Positions 50,999 through 62,671 are shown, counted from the first letter of the stretch. The stretch: DNA of 64,000 bases from Terriglobia bacterium (GCA_963666975.2 CAXVYR010000003.1:1152001-1216000); one strand, 5' to 3'. Made by a program: numbers and translations. Notes: generated by a model not told the origin, from the letters alone.

Positions 50999-53900
50999 TT
51001 AGAACGAAAACCGCAAGGCAAACTGGATTTGCCGGGCCGTAGTGACGGTTGACACAATTTTCCCCGTGTTGGAACTCCTGCGGGCGGAAGAGCCAGAAAA
51101 AACAATCGCAGAACCTCCTTCGGTCCTGTTGAAATTGGGATGATTCAACAGATTGAAAATTTCGGCTCGAAATTGAAGCCGTCTCTTGGAATCCAGGGAA
51201 AATTCCTTCTGCAGGGAGATGTCGGCATTGAACACTCGCGGAGCAATGATCGTATTGCGTCCCACATTCCCGAGTGTTCCGGGCTAAGGCGGGGCGAAGG
51301 CACAGGGATCAAAAAACAGGTCGGGGCCTCCCAGCTTGAGACCGGGCTTTATCTGTTGATCCGTACCCAAATCGCAGCCGGCGGTCACGCCCTTTGTTGG
51401 GTTCTTGCTGAAACCAGAGAGCAGGTTGGGCCGGCTGGCTGTAAACAGGAATCCCGGCGTACGGATGTTGATCCGAGGAGTAAAGGGAGTCCCGCTGCGA
51501 AGCCGCACAATTCCCCCCACCCGCCAGCCTCCAAAAACGTGTGCAAGCGGGCCGGAGCTCCACCAGCGCTGTCCGCCACCCAAAGGAAGCACGTAAAGGT
51601 AGTTGATTGCCAATCGATGCCGGATATTAAAGTTGGAAAGGCCCCTATCCAGAGTCCGTCGCAACCCAAACTGCACGGGACCAGCAAAATTGCTTCCCTG
51701 CCCGGATGCGTCATCCACGGATTTGCTGAAGGTATAGCTCGCTCGCATCGAAATCCCCCGGCTGAGGCCCTTATTAGCGGAAAGCCGGAAAGAGTTATAA
51801 AACGACTGGGCATCGCTGGTCAGGATTCGGATTCCCCCTTGGAAAGCAGGATTCACCGGACCCGTGTCTGGCGGAAAGAACAGGGTCCCGTCTTCCCCGA
51901 CTTCTGGAGCGGGAAACAGGTTTGTTTCGTGGGTGCGGAACAGATGGTTTCCCCTGGCGCCCACGTAAGAAGCTCCGGCACGCCAGCCTCCGGGAAGTTG
52001 CTGCTCCAAATCAAAGTTGTAGCGCAGTACCACCGGGCTGGTTGTGTCTCGGTAATTCGCAACTTGCGCCTGGATGGGCAGACCGCCTTCGGCGGCAGCC
52101 GCCTCGGCGACGGCGACCGCATCAGGGAAGGTGGAGGAAACGTCAAAGTTGGTTATTACGGCGATATTGAAGAAAGGAGCCGTGTTTTTTAGCTGCTCCG
52201 CCAGGTACTTAAGAAAATGATCGTAGTAGATGCCAAAACCTGCGCGAACCACCAGATTGCTGCTGCTCCCCGGAGACCAACTCAAGCCGATGCGGGGAGA
52301 AATATTGCCGAGCGACGGATTGCCATCCAGAAGAGGTCCAACTTGCACCTCCGTGTCGCGCAGCGGGTCGGGGAGAAAAACCGTTTTGCCGTCCCGTTCG
52401 CGGAGGAGCGTAGAAAATTCATAACGCAAACCCAGGTTCAGCTGCAGGCGGGGACGGATCGTATAAGCATCCTGTATATACATACCGACCAAGGTCTGCC
52501 GCAATGCTTTTCGGTTGTCCGAACCCGGCAAAGTGATGTCCAGATTGGTTCCACTCGCTCCTCCCTGGAGAAAATCCTCCAGACTGTTGAACGACCACTG
52601 CCCTCCCAAACGAGAACTGGAAAACTCATCCCGGCGGTAACGGTGAACTTTCAGTCCCATCTTCAGTGCGTGAGATCCGCGCTGCACGATCACATCGCCG
52701 GCAAACTGAAAGCTGTTCATGATTTCGGCTTCCGGAGTGGTGCGATTCGGACCAAAATCGCTCAAACCGGGGATACTAATCGTCCCAAACTGGGAAGCGC
52801 TGGGAACAAAAAATAGTCTCTGGGGAATTTCCAGAAAAGAGAGCGTTTCCCTGTCGGCCACTGGCCGTGTGAACCCAAAGCTGAACGAGGTCAAAAGGGC
52901 AGGGCTGAAAATATGGCTCCCCACCAGGGTTAGATACTGCTGGCGGCTGTTGGACAGCGAGTTGAACAGAAAAGTGCCCTGAGCATTCTGGCTGGTGGCG
53001 TCGTCAAAGGTATAACGGGCGAAGAAGCTGTCCCGTTCCGTAATCGCATGATCCAGGCGCACAGTAAAAAATATTTCATTGGTTGGCAAGAACTGCGAGG
53101 CGACATTCCGGCCGATCCCCTCTCCCTCCCGGCCCGCATTGGGCAGAGGATAAAGCTCCAGATATTCCGGGATGCGCGGGTGCAGCGGAACCGTTTTGAT
53201 AATCTCTCCGGCTTCGTTCGTGATCAGCCCTTGCCGGGCCTGCTCGTCCGGGAAGAAATCCACATTCGTTTCGGTCAGCCGGTCGCGCAGCCCCTCGAAG
53301 CTGCCCATAACGAAGGTTCTTTCTTTCACAACCGGACCCGTAAGCGTGAATCCAAATTGGTTCCGCTTGAAGGGAGGAATCGGCTCATCCGCCGGGTCAA
53401 AAAAATTCTTCGCATCGAGCTTGCTGTTGCGCAGGAATTCGAAGAAAGTCCCGTGGAACTCCGGAGTGCCGGATTGCGTGATGGAGTTCAGAATCCCCCC
53501 GCTGCCGCCGCCATACTCGGCGTCGTAAGTCGTGCTGAATACCTGAACCTCCAACACCGCATCCGACCCCAGTTGAACCCCCGCCGCGCTGCGCGGGACC
53601 CGGTTGCCGGAATCCATGATATTTGTTCCATCCAGCAAAAAACTATTGGAGGTAGAGCGGCCTCCCGCCACGGTCAGCCCCCCGCCGCCAACCCCTCGCG
53701 AACCCGAAGCCGCGGAGGGATCGCTCACGCCTGCCTGCAGAGTCGCCAACTGGCTGTAGCTGCGACCGTTCAGGGGAAGCCCCACCAGTTGGCTTTCGTC
53801 AATCCGATTGGTTGAGGAAACTTCCGCTGTTTCTTTTGCCGATTCTTGGACCTCTGGCTCCTGAACTCCTGTGCTTTGCTCCAATACAAAGGCGAGAGTC

Positions 53901-54241
53901 ACCAACTAGCCTGCCCCTAGCTCGACCCCTTCCTGTATCTTGGCAATAAAACCATCTTGCGAAGCTTCCAGCTTGTAAACTCCGGGGTTGAGTTGCGGTA
54001 TTTCAAACTGTCCTTCGCGGTTGCTGCTGACCGCGCGGCCCCGCCCCGTCTCAACATGGAGCGCCTTCACCGTCGCTTTTGGAACGGGGGTTCCCGTTTG
54101 ATCTCGCACCGAGCCGCGCAGCGAAGCCAGGAAGGTCTCGGCCCACAACGCCGGTGGTGGCGCGATGAGCAGCATGCAAACAATTGTTGCAGTTATCACC
54201 CAAACTTGTTTCACCGATTTGTGCACGAACTCACTCCACAA
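50999..54241 (-). pseudogene. Oar-like TonB-dependent receptor with two in-frame TAG codons
   Basis: Three ORFs in one frame separated only by TAG (53906-53908, 51284-51286); 1080 codons versus the 1076-aa paralog; ends QFALRFSF. Confidence 0.85.
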
Positions 54242-54461
54242 TCGCCGACATGAGAACTGACCCGCCAGTCACAATTTCAATCATACTTCGTCCTTTTCGC
54301 ACTAATGGATAGATCACTGACGGCAATGGCGACTACTCATTGACCAAAATCAAACCAGAATGGGCTGCAAATGAATAAGTTATTTTACTCTCATCCTGCG
54401 AGTGCGTACAGAGCCTGTGCAGCCGCAGTTACGGCCTTTGCTTGATGGGAGTATGGTTTTT

Positions 54462-54561
54462 TGGTGCTGGAGGGGGGAGTCGCCCCCCCATGCCCGCGAG
54501 GGGCGCCAGATTTTGAGTCTGGGGAAAAGACGTTTGTACCAACGCGCACCATGCCTCCAGG
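54462..54561 (-). other. Degenerate tRNA-Leu(CAA)-like element / att remnant
   Basis: Anticodon arm CCAGA-CTCAAAA-TCTGG, long variable arm, T-arm with GGCGA in place of TTCGA, 3' CTCCAGCACCA. Confidence 0.65.
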
Positions 54562-54694
54562 AGGAGCACACAGTGCGCAAGGCCGCTTAAACAAAGGCTC
54601 CCCTGGAATGCAACCTGAGCCGATTCCACACGATTTCAGGCTATCTTCCGCACAGATCTCAAAGAAATCCGCTTGATTACAAAGGAGAATTTTC

Positions 54695-57600
54695 TTAGAA
54701 CGAGAATCGCAAGGCAAACTGAATCTGCCGAGCAGTAGTGGCGGTAGATACAATTCGTGCCGCACGGGGATTGGGGCGGCCGGACGCTCCCGAAAAGATA
54801 ATGGTGGAGCCTCCAATGTTCTTATTAAAATTGGTATGGTTCGGCAGGTTGAAGAATTCCGCCCGAAATTGGAGCCGTCTCTTGGCATCCAGAAGAAATT
54901 CCCTCTGGAGAGAGACATCCACATTAAACACGCTCGGCGCAATGATGGTGTTGCGTCCGACATTCCCAAGAGTACCGGGTAGAGGCACGCTATAAACGGA
55001 GGGATCGAAGTATTGCTCGGGGTCACCCTGAATTGGGTTATTGCTCCGGCCGGGAAGCAAGTTGGGCCGACTAGCTGCAAAGAGGTAACCCGGCCTACGG
55101 ACATTGAGGAGCGGCGTAAAAGGAGTCCCGGTACGAAACCTGATAATTCCTCCCATCCGCCACCCTCCGAGAATTTGCGAAAGGACGCCGGATTTCAGCC
55201 AGCGCTGTCCACCACCTAGTGGCGGCGTGTAAAAGTAGTTAATTACGAAACGATGGCGTGTGTCGAAATCGGAAAGTCCCCGATCGAGTGTCCTCGCTAT
55301 TCCGTACTGACCTGCAGAGTTAAAGAGAGCGGAGGCATCGTCTACTGACTTGCTGTAGGTATAGCTAGCTTGCAAGGAGATCCCTCCGCTGAGGCTCTTG
55401 TTCGCCGAAAGCTGAAGAGAGTTATAAAAGGATTGGGCGTCGCTGCTGGTGAAGTTTAGCCTTCCAAAAGCGGGATTAATCGGGCCCGCATTGGGCCGGC
55501 AAAGAGCCGACGGATTCAGATTCAATGGATCATTGCAGTTGTCGGGGAAGAACAGTGATCCGTTGGCCATGGTGATGGGAACAGGGAACAAGTTAGCTTC
55601 ATAGGTGCGAAACAGATGGTTGCCTCTTGCGCCTACATAGGATGCCCGGGCACGCCAGCCTCCGGGCAACTGCTGTTGCAGAGTGAAGTTGTAGCGCAGC
55701 ACCATAGGGGTAGTCGTGTGCTGGTAATCCAGGATTTGAGCCTGAAGAGGTGTTTCGGCGACTGCGGTTACTGCGTCGGGAAAGTCCTGGGAGGAATCAA
55801 AGTTGGTTCTTACTGCCCCCTTGTAAAAAGGAAGCGTGCTTCTTCGGTGGTATACATATCCGAGCAATTGATCGTAGTAAATGCCAAAGCCACCGCTCAG
55901 CACCGTATTCCCTCTGCTCCCCGGAGACCAGGTAATCCCAAGGCGAGGAGAAAGATTGCGCAGCGAGGGATTGTTCTCCAGAAGAGGGCCGATCTGCACC
56001 GCTGAGTCTCGCACCGGGTCGGGGAGGAAGGCGGTCTTGCCACCCCTGTCGTGGATGAGGGTAGCGAATTCATAGCGGAGGCCCAAATTAAGCTGGAAAC
56101 GCGAACTGATTTTATAGGCATTTTGAACATAGAAGCCCACCAGGGTCTGGCGGTAAGCCTGTCTGTTATCCGAGCCCGGCAAAGCAACTGTCAGGGTGGT
56201 CCCCTCCGGCCCCGCCTCCAGAAAGCTATCCAGGCTGTTGAAAGACCATACAGCTCCCTTATTAAAACTACTGGAGAAATCCCAGCGATAGCGATGAACT
56301 TCGAATCCCAACTTCATCGAGTGGGCTCCCCTCTGGACCACCACATCGTCTGCAAATTGGAATGTATTCATAATGTTGGATTCCGGCAGGGAGACCGAAG
56401 GGCCGAAAGGAGTTATCCCTGGAACTGAGATCTGCCCAAATTGGGGAGCGTCGGTGATAAAAAACAACTCGCGCGGAATCTCAATCGAGGAAAGACCCTC
56501 TACGACCAACACTGGCCGGGTGTACCCGAAGCGAAATGAGTTTAAAACACGGGGACTAAAAATATGGGTTCCCACCAGGGTCAGATACTGCTGGCGGCTA
56601 TTGTTGAGCCTGGCGAAGACAAAAGAGGCCGTTTCGCCAGTGCTGGTGGCATCGTCAAAGTTATAGCGGGCGAAGAAGCTGTCCCGCTCGGAAATCTGGT
56701 GATCCAGCCGAACAGTGAAAAAAATTTCATTGGTGGGCAAGAACAGGGAGGCGGCGTTTCGCTGGATCCCTTCCCCCAGCGGGACCGAGTTTGGTAGAGG
56801 ATATAGCGCCAAGTAGGGCCTTACGTTAGGGTGCACGGGAACGGTTCGGAGCACCTTTCCAGAAGCGTCCGTAATAATTCCTTGCCGCGCCATCTCGTCA
56901 GGAAAGAAGTTAACTTTAGTATTGGTCAGCCGGTCGCGCAGCCCCTCAAAGCTGCCCAAAAAAAAGGTCCTTTCCTTCACCACCGGACCCGTGAGGGTGA
57001 ATCCAAACTGGTTGCGCTTGAAGGGGGTGGGCTCCGGGCCGGGGTCATAGAAATTCCGGGCATCGAGCTTGCTGTTGCGAAAGAACTCGAAAAAGGTGCC
57101 GTGGAACTCGGGCGTCCCGGAGCGGCTGATGGAGTTCAGAACACCACCGCTAGCGCGGCCATATTCCGCCCCGTAGTTGCTGCTGAATACCTGAACCTGG
57201 AAAACCGCGTCAGAACCCAACTGCCCACCGGCCGCGCTTCGGGGAACCCGATTCGCAGTGTCCATGATGTTGGTCCCGTCCAATAAAAAAGCGTTCGAGG
57301 TAGACCGCCCTCCCGCTACGGTTAACCCGCCGCTGCCGCCTCCCCGCGAGGATGAACCGGCAAAAGGATCGCTCACGCCGGCCTGGAGAGTCGCCAGTTG
57401 GCTATAACTGCGACCGTTGAGAGGAAGACCGACTAGCTGGCTTTCACTGATCTGGCCTGCATTGATGGCTGAGGACTCCCTGTCTGTACCCGCGCCCTGG
57501 GCCGTTCGTTCCTGATCTCCGAATCCTCGTTCCAACACCAAATCCAGAGTCACCAACTGCTCTGCGCCCAGTTCCAACCCTTCCTGCAACCGGCTTACAA

Positions 57601-57925
57601 AGCCAGCCTGGGAAGCCTGGACTTCGTAAGTACCGGGAACCAATCGTTGGATTTCAAACTGTCCCTCTGCGTCGCTGCTGACGGTACGGCCCAATCCCGT
57701 CTCCAGATTTTTCACCATCACCGCCGATCCCGCGAGGGGCGCTCCTGACTGATCCTGCACCGTACCCCGCAGCGTCGCCATGCTCACCTGTGCCAGCGCC
57801 CCTGTCCTTGCCCAGAAAAGCAGCGTGAACAGAAGCGCTGCCGAAAGAGCCAAACCTTGCACTACTGATTTAGATGCGTGCATGCTCCGCACTTCCTTGA
57901 AAAAAGCTGCCTTCAAGGTCTGCAA
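54695..57925 (-). CDS. Oar-like TonB-dependent receptor with carboxypeptidase-regulatory-like domain
   Basis: Signal peptide, GTVQDQSGA, LPLNGR, RNQFG, LNLGLRYE, LQFRAEFFN, terminal F. Confidence 0.95.
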   Translation of the reverse strand: MQTLKAAFFKEVRSMHASKSVVQGLALSAALLFTLLFWARTGALAQVSMATLRGTVQDQSGAPLAGSAVMVKNLETGLGRTVSSDAEGQFEIQRLVPGTYEVQASQAGFVSRLQEGLELGAEQLVTLDLVLERGFGDQERTAQGAGTDRESSAINAGQISESQLVGLPLNGRSYSQLATLQAGVSDPFAGSSSRGGGSGGLTVAGGRSTSNAFLLDGTNIMDTANRVPRSAAGGQLGSDAVFQVQVFSSNYGAEYGRASGGVLNSISRSGTPEFHGTFFEFFRNSKLDARNFYDPGPEPTPFKRNQFGFTLTGPVVKERTFFLGSFEGLRDRLTNTKVNFFPDEMARQGIITDASGKVLRTVPVHPNVRPYLALYPLPNSVPLGEGIQRNAASLFLPTNEIFFTVRLDHQISERDSFFARYNFDDATSTGETASFVFARLNNSRQQYLTLVGTHIFSPRVLNSFRFGYTRPVLVVEGLSSIEIPRELFFITDAPQFGQISVPGITPFGPSVSLPESNIMNTFQFADDVVVQRGAHSMKLGFEVHRYRWDFSSSFNKGAVWSFNSLDSFLEAGPEGTTLTVALPGSDNRQAYRQTLVGFYVQNAYKISSRFQLNLGLRYEFATLIHDRGGKTAFLPDPVRDSAVQIGPLLENNPSLRNLSPRLGITWSPGSRGNTVLSGGFGIYYDQLLGYVYHRRSTLPFYKGAVRTNFDSSQDFPDAVTAVAETPLQAQILDYQHTTTPMVLRYNFTLQQQLPGGWRARASYVGARGNHLFRTYEANLFPVPITMANGSLFFPDNCNDPLNLNPSALCRPNAGPINPAFGRLNFTSSDAQSFYNSLQLSANKSLSGGISLQASYTYSKSVDDASALFNSAGQYGIARTLDRGLSDFDTRHRFVINYFYTPPLGGGQRWLKSGVLSQILGGWRMGGIIRFRTGTPFTPLLNVRRPGYLFAASRPNLLPGRSNNPIQGDPEQYFDPSVYSVPLPGTLGNVGRNTIIAPSVFNVDVSLQREFLLDAKRRLQFRAEFFNLPNHTNFNKNIGGSTIIFSGASGRPNPRAARIVSTATTARQIQFALRFSF

Positions 57926-57949
57926 TATCTGTAACTTTTTCTTCGCACC

Positions 57950-59833
57950 TTACCATTGAGCCGCCGGGCCTCCAAGTTCTATCTGGGCTCCAGTGGGTTG
58001 CATTCCCCACTCCCGCGCTAGGGATGGAACCAGATGCATCGGTTTGCCGCCCACCATCGTCATCAACACCCGGATATTCAGAATGTCATCCACGGGAATG
58101 GTCAAGTAGTCTCGGTCCAATACGACCAAGTCCGCAAACTTGCCCGGCTCCAGGGAACCGAGGACATCTTCTTTCAGGGTTCCATAGGCTGCAAAGAGAG
58201 TTGCCGATTTGAGCATCGCCTCGCGACTGATGGCCTGCGCGGGAGCAGCTAAATTTCCATCCCAATCCTTCCGCGTAATGGCGCCATAGAGAACGTGCAT
58301 GTAGGTCAAGTTGGTGTATTCGCTGAGGGGCCGGTCAATTTCGACGCTGTTCATGATCCCGGCATCATACAGGGCTTTGCGGGGAACCATATTCATCGCA
58401 CCCCGCTCGCCGTAGTCCCGCAGAACCTGTGTTACGGTCCCTTGCCAGACGACGATGTCCCAACCACTGGTCACTATCCCTAATTTTTTGAAGCGCGGAA
58501 TCTGATCCGGGCGGGGATACATAGTCATATGTTCGGTGACATGGCGTTTGGACCGGATCTCGTCCAGCGTCATGCCAGCGTCTCTACCGGCTTTCTCTAT
58601 GATGTCCAGCACCATATCTATTTCCACATCCCCCATCATATGGTCACCGGCTATTCGTCCTCCTGCCTTGAGGTATTCGTATAGAGCACGAGAAATGTTT
58701 TCCTGGGCATATCCAGGATTCGCACAAGCCCTTTCTTTCCGGGCAGTTGCTTCGGGGGTAAGCGGATCCAGCGTGGTGCACTGTCCTCCCTGGTGGGCGG
58801 TCATCCCTGTATTCCAGAGGTAATCGGAACCCTTGCCGACCATGGAGGCCACCGCGTTCACAAAATAGGGGTCTTGGAAGAAGTCGTTGCGCTCCGGCCA
58901 GAACCAGCCCCAACCAAGCCGCATCGCCATCTCTCCCTCTTTGTCCAAGCTATTGAAGGCTCGAATGGCTCCACCCGTATAGAGTGAAGTCGCATTTAGG
59001 GTAATCCCAAGGGCTGATGTCCAGGACAACCCGAGCCGGTAGATCTCGCGCAGTACCTCGGGTGGGTAAAGGATGTCTTGCTCCACTTCCCGATAGCAAA
59101 CGCCGCATGTGCCGGTCTCCTCTGCACTCTCTCCTGTATAGGAACCTATTGGGTTGATCAGAAACTTGTCCCATTGATCCCCATACCCGTTCTTTACGGC
59201 CTCAATTCCTTTTTGGTTCAACACCAAGCCCGTAAAACCCCCTCGAATGAGCACTGGATTGTTGGGAGCCGCCACGTCCAGCATATTTTTATTAATTTGC
59301 CTGCCCAACATGGGCGAGATCTCATTCCCCCATCGGTAGTCTGGACCGTATAACAAACTGATCCGAATCCATTGGCCGGGTTTGGCCTTCTGCACCGCCT
59401 CATCCAAAACTCGAGGGAATTGTTGCATCACTTGATCGGGGGGCACATTCAAAAACCGCTCAATGTGCATGTCGTCGCTGACCACCTTCTTCATGACCGT
59501 CGGATTCAGCGGATTCCAGTCTTGCGGATGATCGTGCGTGGCTCCAAAACCGGGGGTTACCGTTCGCCCCTCCAAATCATACGATTTCGTGTTGGGGCCT
59601 GCCAGCCGGCGAACTTGGTCATTGCTCCCCACCGCCGCAATCTTCCCTTCCCGGATCGCGATCGCCTGAGCTATCGTGCCAAGATTTGCATTGACTTCGT
59701 GGTTGTTCACCGTGACAACCTTGCCGTTGTAAAGAATCGTGTCCGGGGCCGTCTGCTGGGCCCACAACGGCCCTCCACTCACCCCCAACACCCACACCAC
59801 GATCAGCAAATGCCAAAAGATTTCTTTCCTCAT
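57950..59833 (-). CDS. Secreted amidohydrolase-3 (YtcJ-like) protein
   Basis: Signal peptide, ILYNGKVVT, PG...THDH, GSLEPGKFADLVVLDRD, MTMVGGK. Confidence 0.9.
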   Translation of the reverse strand: MRKEIFWHLLIVVWVLGVSGGPLWAQQTAPDTILYNGKVVTVNNHEVNANLGTIAQAIAIREGKIAAVGSNDQVRRLAGPNTKSYDLEGRTVTPGFGATHDHPQDWNPLNPTVMKKVVSDDMHIERFLNVPPDQVMQQFPRVLDEAVQKAKPGQWIRISLLYGPDYRWGNEISPMLGRQINKNMLDVAAPNNPVLIRGGFTGLVLNQKGIEAVKNGYGDQWDKFLINPIGSYTGESAEETGTCGVCYREVEQDILYPPEVLREIYRLGLSWTSALGITLNATSLYTGGAIRAFNSLDKEGEMAMRLGWGWFWPERNDFFQDPYFVNAVASMVGKGSDYLWNTGMTAHQGGQCTTLDPLTPEATARKERACANPGYAQENISRALYEYLKAGGRIAGDHMMGDVEIDMVLDIIEKAGRDAGMTLDEIRSKRHVTEHMTMYPRPDQIPRFKKLGIVTSGWDIVVWQGTVTQVLRDYGERGAMNMVPRKALYDAGIMNSVEIDRPLSEYTNLTYMHVLYGAITRKDWDGNLAAPAQAISREAMLKSATLFAAYGTLKEDVLGSLEPGKFADLVVLDRDYLTIPVDDILNIRVLMTMVGGKPMHLVPSLAREWGMQPTGAQIELGGPAAQW

Positions 59834-59944
59834 TTTTTATCTCCCCTCAAGGTTGTAATTTTCGAAAGCGCAATTTGTAACTCTCGCAAAGAATCCGGCC
59901 CAGCCAGCCCGGCCGTTTCTGGGAGAGAGTTGACAGGCTGCCAG

Positions 59945-60053
59945 TGCGGTCCCGGTGGGTGTCCCTGGCTTTGTGGACCTCTCCCATGCCGCCCGCACCG
60001 AGCGGGCTGAGAACCTCGTACGAGCCAAGCCGGACACCTGGGGATATGGACAC
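59945..60053 (-). pseudogene. Ser/Thr kinase 5' remnant
   Basis: MSISPGVRLGSYEVLSPLGAGGMGEVHKARDT. Confidence 0.75.
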
Positions 60054-60258
60054 GGATTACTCCCGCCTGATTGAAAATGATGGTGAAAGATTACACGAGA
60101 GGAAAAGGGAAAGCAACTGTCGTCAGGGGCAAGGCCCTTGGAGCAGCAGAGGCGAAAAGGGATTGAACTAAGCGGGGGTGGCGTATACTTTATTCTCGGA
60201 ATGAGTTGAAAACGCAATTTCTGGCTTAACCTGCGAACAAAAGCCGAGGAGGTGAATC

Positions 60259-62103
60259 ATGAAATGCCAATGGGTTTTGCGAGTTGTGCTAATGGGATGG
60301 GTAATCTGGGGGGGGCAGAACCTCGTGTGGGCCCAGCAAGCGCCAGATACCATTCTCCACAATGGGAAGATCGTCACAGTGGACAACTATGAGGTCAACT
60401 CGGAGTTAGGCACCATCGCTGAGGCGATTGCGATCCGGGATGGGGAAATCGTCGCCGTCGGTAGCAATGCTCGGGTTCGAAGCTTGGCTGGTTCCACCAC
60501 AAACAGCATTGATCTGAAAGGACGGATGCTCATGCCAGGCATCATCAATACACACGAACACCCACAGGACTGGGATCGGTTCGTTCCCCAAGTGATGAAG
60601 AAGGTTATTACTGATGATGTGTATATAGAGCGCTTCCTGGATGATCCGCCAGAGCAGCAACTAGAGAAATTTTTACCCACACTGGATGAGGCGGTCAGAA
60701 AGGCCAAACCGGGCCAGTGGATTAAGATTAACCTGCTACCTGGAAAAGACTTTACCTACAACAGAGTTATAAATGGCTACTTTGGCAGACAGATAACGAA
60801 GCAACAAATCGATCTTGCCGCACCCAATAATCCTGTGATAGTTAGAAGCCAGACGGTTGCTACTTTACTGAATCAGAAGGCCATTGAAGAGGTGAAAAAG
60901 GTTTGGGATTTGTCCAAGACACCTTTCCGAGATAACTTAAATGAGGATACCGGTCTGGGGGGAACAATTTATCGAATCATAGAACCGGATGTGATGCTGA
61001 AAGGTCGAATGGATTTGCTGACCCAAATTTATAAGCTGGGACTTTCTTGGTGGACAGGATATGGAATCACCACCATCGGCACGTTGTTTTACGCACCTTC
61101 TGCGATAACGGCTTATCGAATGCTGGAGGGCCGCAGCGAACTGCCTCTCCGGCTTGCTTGGGGATGGAACTGGGGCCAGGAGCTGTTCTATCAAGATCCG
61201 TATTTCTTGGCGGACATCGCCTCGCGGGTTGGAAAGGGCTCGGACTACCTCTGGTTTATCGGTGGCAGCGCTGGTTCCGCCACCACCTGCTCCACACTAC
61301 CTGGGACCTCCACCGAGGTCAAGGCGCGGGAGCGAAACTGTACTTTTGAACCAGGCTCTCAGGTTCACGATTTGCTGACCCGATACGTCAAAGCCGGTGG
61401 GAGGGTAACTCTGTTTCACAGCGACTATGACAAGGATATTGACTACTATTTGGATGTGATTGAGAACGCAAGCAAGGAGGCTGGCTTTACCCTCGATGAG
61501 ATTCGGGCCAAGCGGCATAGTTTTGATCATGGGGCTCAAGCCCCAAGACCAGACCAAGTTGAGCGTCTCAAAAAGCTGGGCATGATGGTCGGGAATCGCG
61601 ATATGCAAATCTGGCAGTTCGCACCCCGGCAATTGAGGAACTACGGAGAACAGGCCGTGCAATGGATCTCGCCTCGGATCAGTGAAACCGAGGGCGGCGT
61701 TATGAATACATTCGAGATCGATCGCGCTATCGGCGCTTCCGACCTTACCGCCTTTTGGGTACTCTCCATCGGAATCACCAGAAAGGCCTATGACGGGAAG
61801 GTCTATGCACCCAGCCAGCGGGCAGATCGGGATGCACTGCTCAAGGCAGCCACGATTTGGGGCGCCCATTACGTTCTGCGGGAAAAGGAACTGGGTTCGC
61901 TGGAGCCGGGCAAAGGGGCCGACTTTCTTGTGCTGGACAAAGATTACCTTACGATTCGCGAAGAGGACATTGCAAATATTCGCGTCTTAATGACCGTGGT
62001 GGGCGGCAAGGTGGTTCACCTAGTTCCGTCTCTGGCCCGCGAAATCGGGATGCAACCGACCGGGGCCCAGGTGGAACTCGGCGGACCGGCGGCTCAATGG
62101 TAA
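60259..62103 (+). CDS. Secreted amidohydrolase-3 (YtcJ-like) protein, paralog
   Basis: Signal peptide, PGIINTHEH, GSLEPGK.ADF.VLDKD; same C-terminus as 57950-59833. Confidence 0.9.
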   Translation: MKCQWVLRVVLMGWVIWGGQNLVWAQQAPDTILHNGKIVTVDNYEVNSELGTIAEAIAIRDGEIVAVGSNARVRSLAGSTTNSIDLKGRMLMPGIINTHEHPQDWDRFVPQVMKKVITDDVYIERFLDDPPEQQLEKFLPTLDEAVRKAKPGQWIKINLLPGKDFTYNRVINGYFGRQITKQQIDLAAPNNPVIVRSQTVATLLNQKAIEEVKKVWDLSKTPFRDNLNEDTGLGGTIYRIIEPDVMLKGRMDLLTQIYKLGLSWWTGYGITTIGTLFYAPSAITAYRMLEGRSELPLRLAWGWNWGQELFYQDPYFLADIASRVGKGSDYLWFIGGSAGSATTCSTLPGTSTEVKARERNCTFEPGSQVHDLLTRYVKAGGRVTLFHSDYDKDIDYYLDVIENASKEAGFTLDEIRAKRHSFDHGAQAPRPDQVERLKKLGMMVGNRDMQIWQFAPRQLRNYGEQAVQWISPRISETEGGVMNTFEIDRAIGASDLTAFWVLSIGITRKAYDGKVYAPSQRADRDALLKAATIWGAHYVLREKELGSLEPGKGADFLVLDKDYLTIREEDIANIRVLMTVVGGKVVHLVPSLAREIGMQPTGAQVELGGPAAQW

Positions 62104-62671
62104 AAGATGCGGGTAAAAGATGCGCCGAGTTTCCGCTTCCTTCGTTCAGAAATTTGGAAGCCTCGTCTCCGCAGACCCTGTAGTGGGTGTAGTGGCTTGT
62201 GAGGGGGTATGATAGGAAGGGCCAGAGGCGACTTGGCCTTGGGTCCTCCAGGGTATACCCTCCCTATATACTCGCTACAGTCACTACAAATACGTAACCA
62301 AGTGCAGGAAGTCCCCGCATCCCGGAGCTGCGCGGATGGCGAGTTTGGCCGTGCGATTTCAGCAGCAATCAGCCGAGGGAATGGATTGTGCGCTATTGAA
62401 TAGCAAGCTCGGCGGTTTTCTTGGAGGGTTGTTAGGTCTTTCTGGATAGTTTCTTCTTTCCGAGTCCAGCCAAACCTGCACCATCGGGGCCGGGGAGGTA
62501 TAATCTCTCTCGGCCCCCTTTTGTTCTTTTCAGGAACCTCCGCCACCCGCTGCCAGCGGTGGGATTGGTGACCAGCAGGGTGAAAAGTGCGGTCTCAACA
62601 GAACCAGCTGGCGTATAATTCTCTCGGGCCGACTCCGAAATGGAAATCCCGACTGAAACGATCCGGCTATT

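Noticed and set aside
47419-52192. Long antisense ORFs (e.g. 47419-48435, 48506-49624, 51140-52192)
   Set aside because: These are shadow frames of GC-rich real genes and have no motifs.
62330-62500. Possible IS630 C-terminal remnant and nearby phage-like TGTAGT repeats
   Set aside because: Too short and degenerate to support a call.
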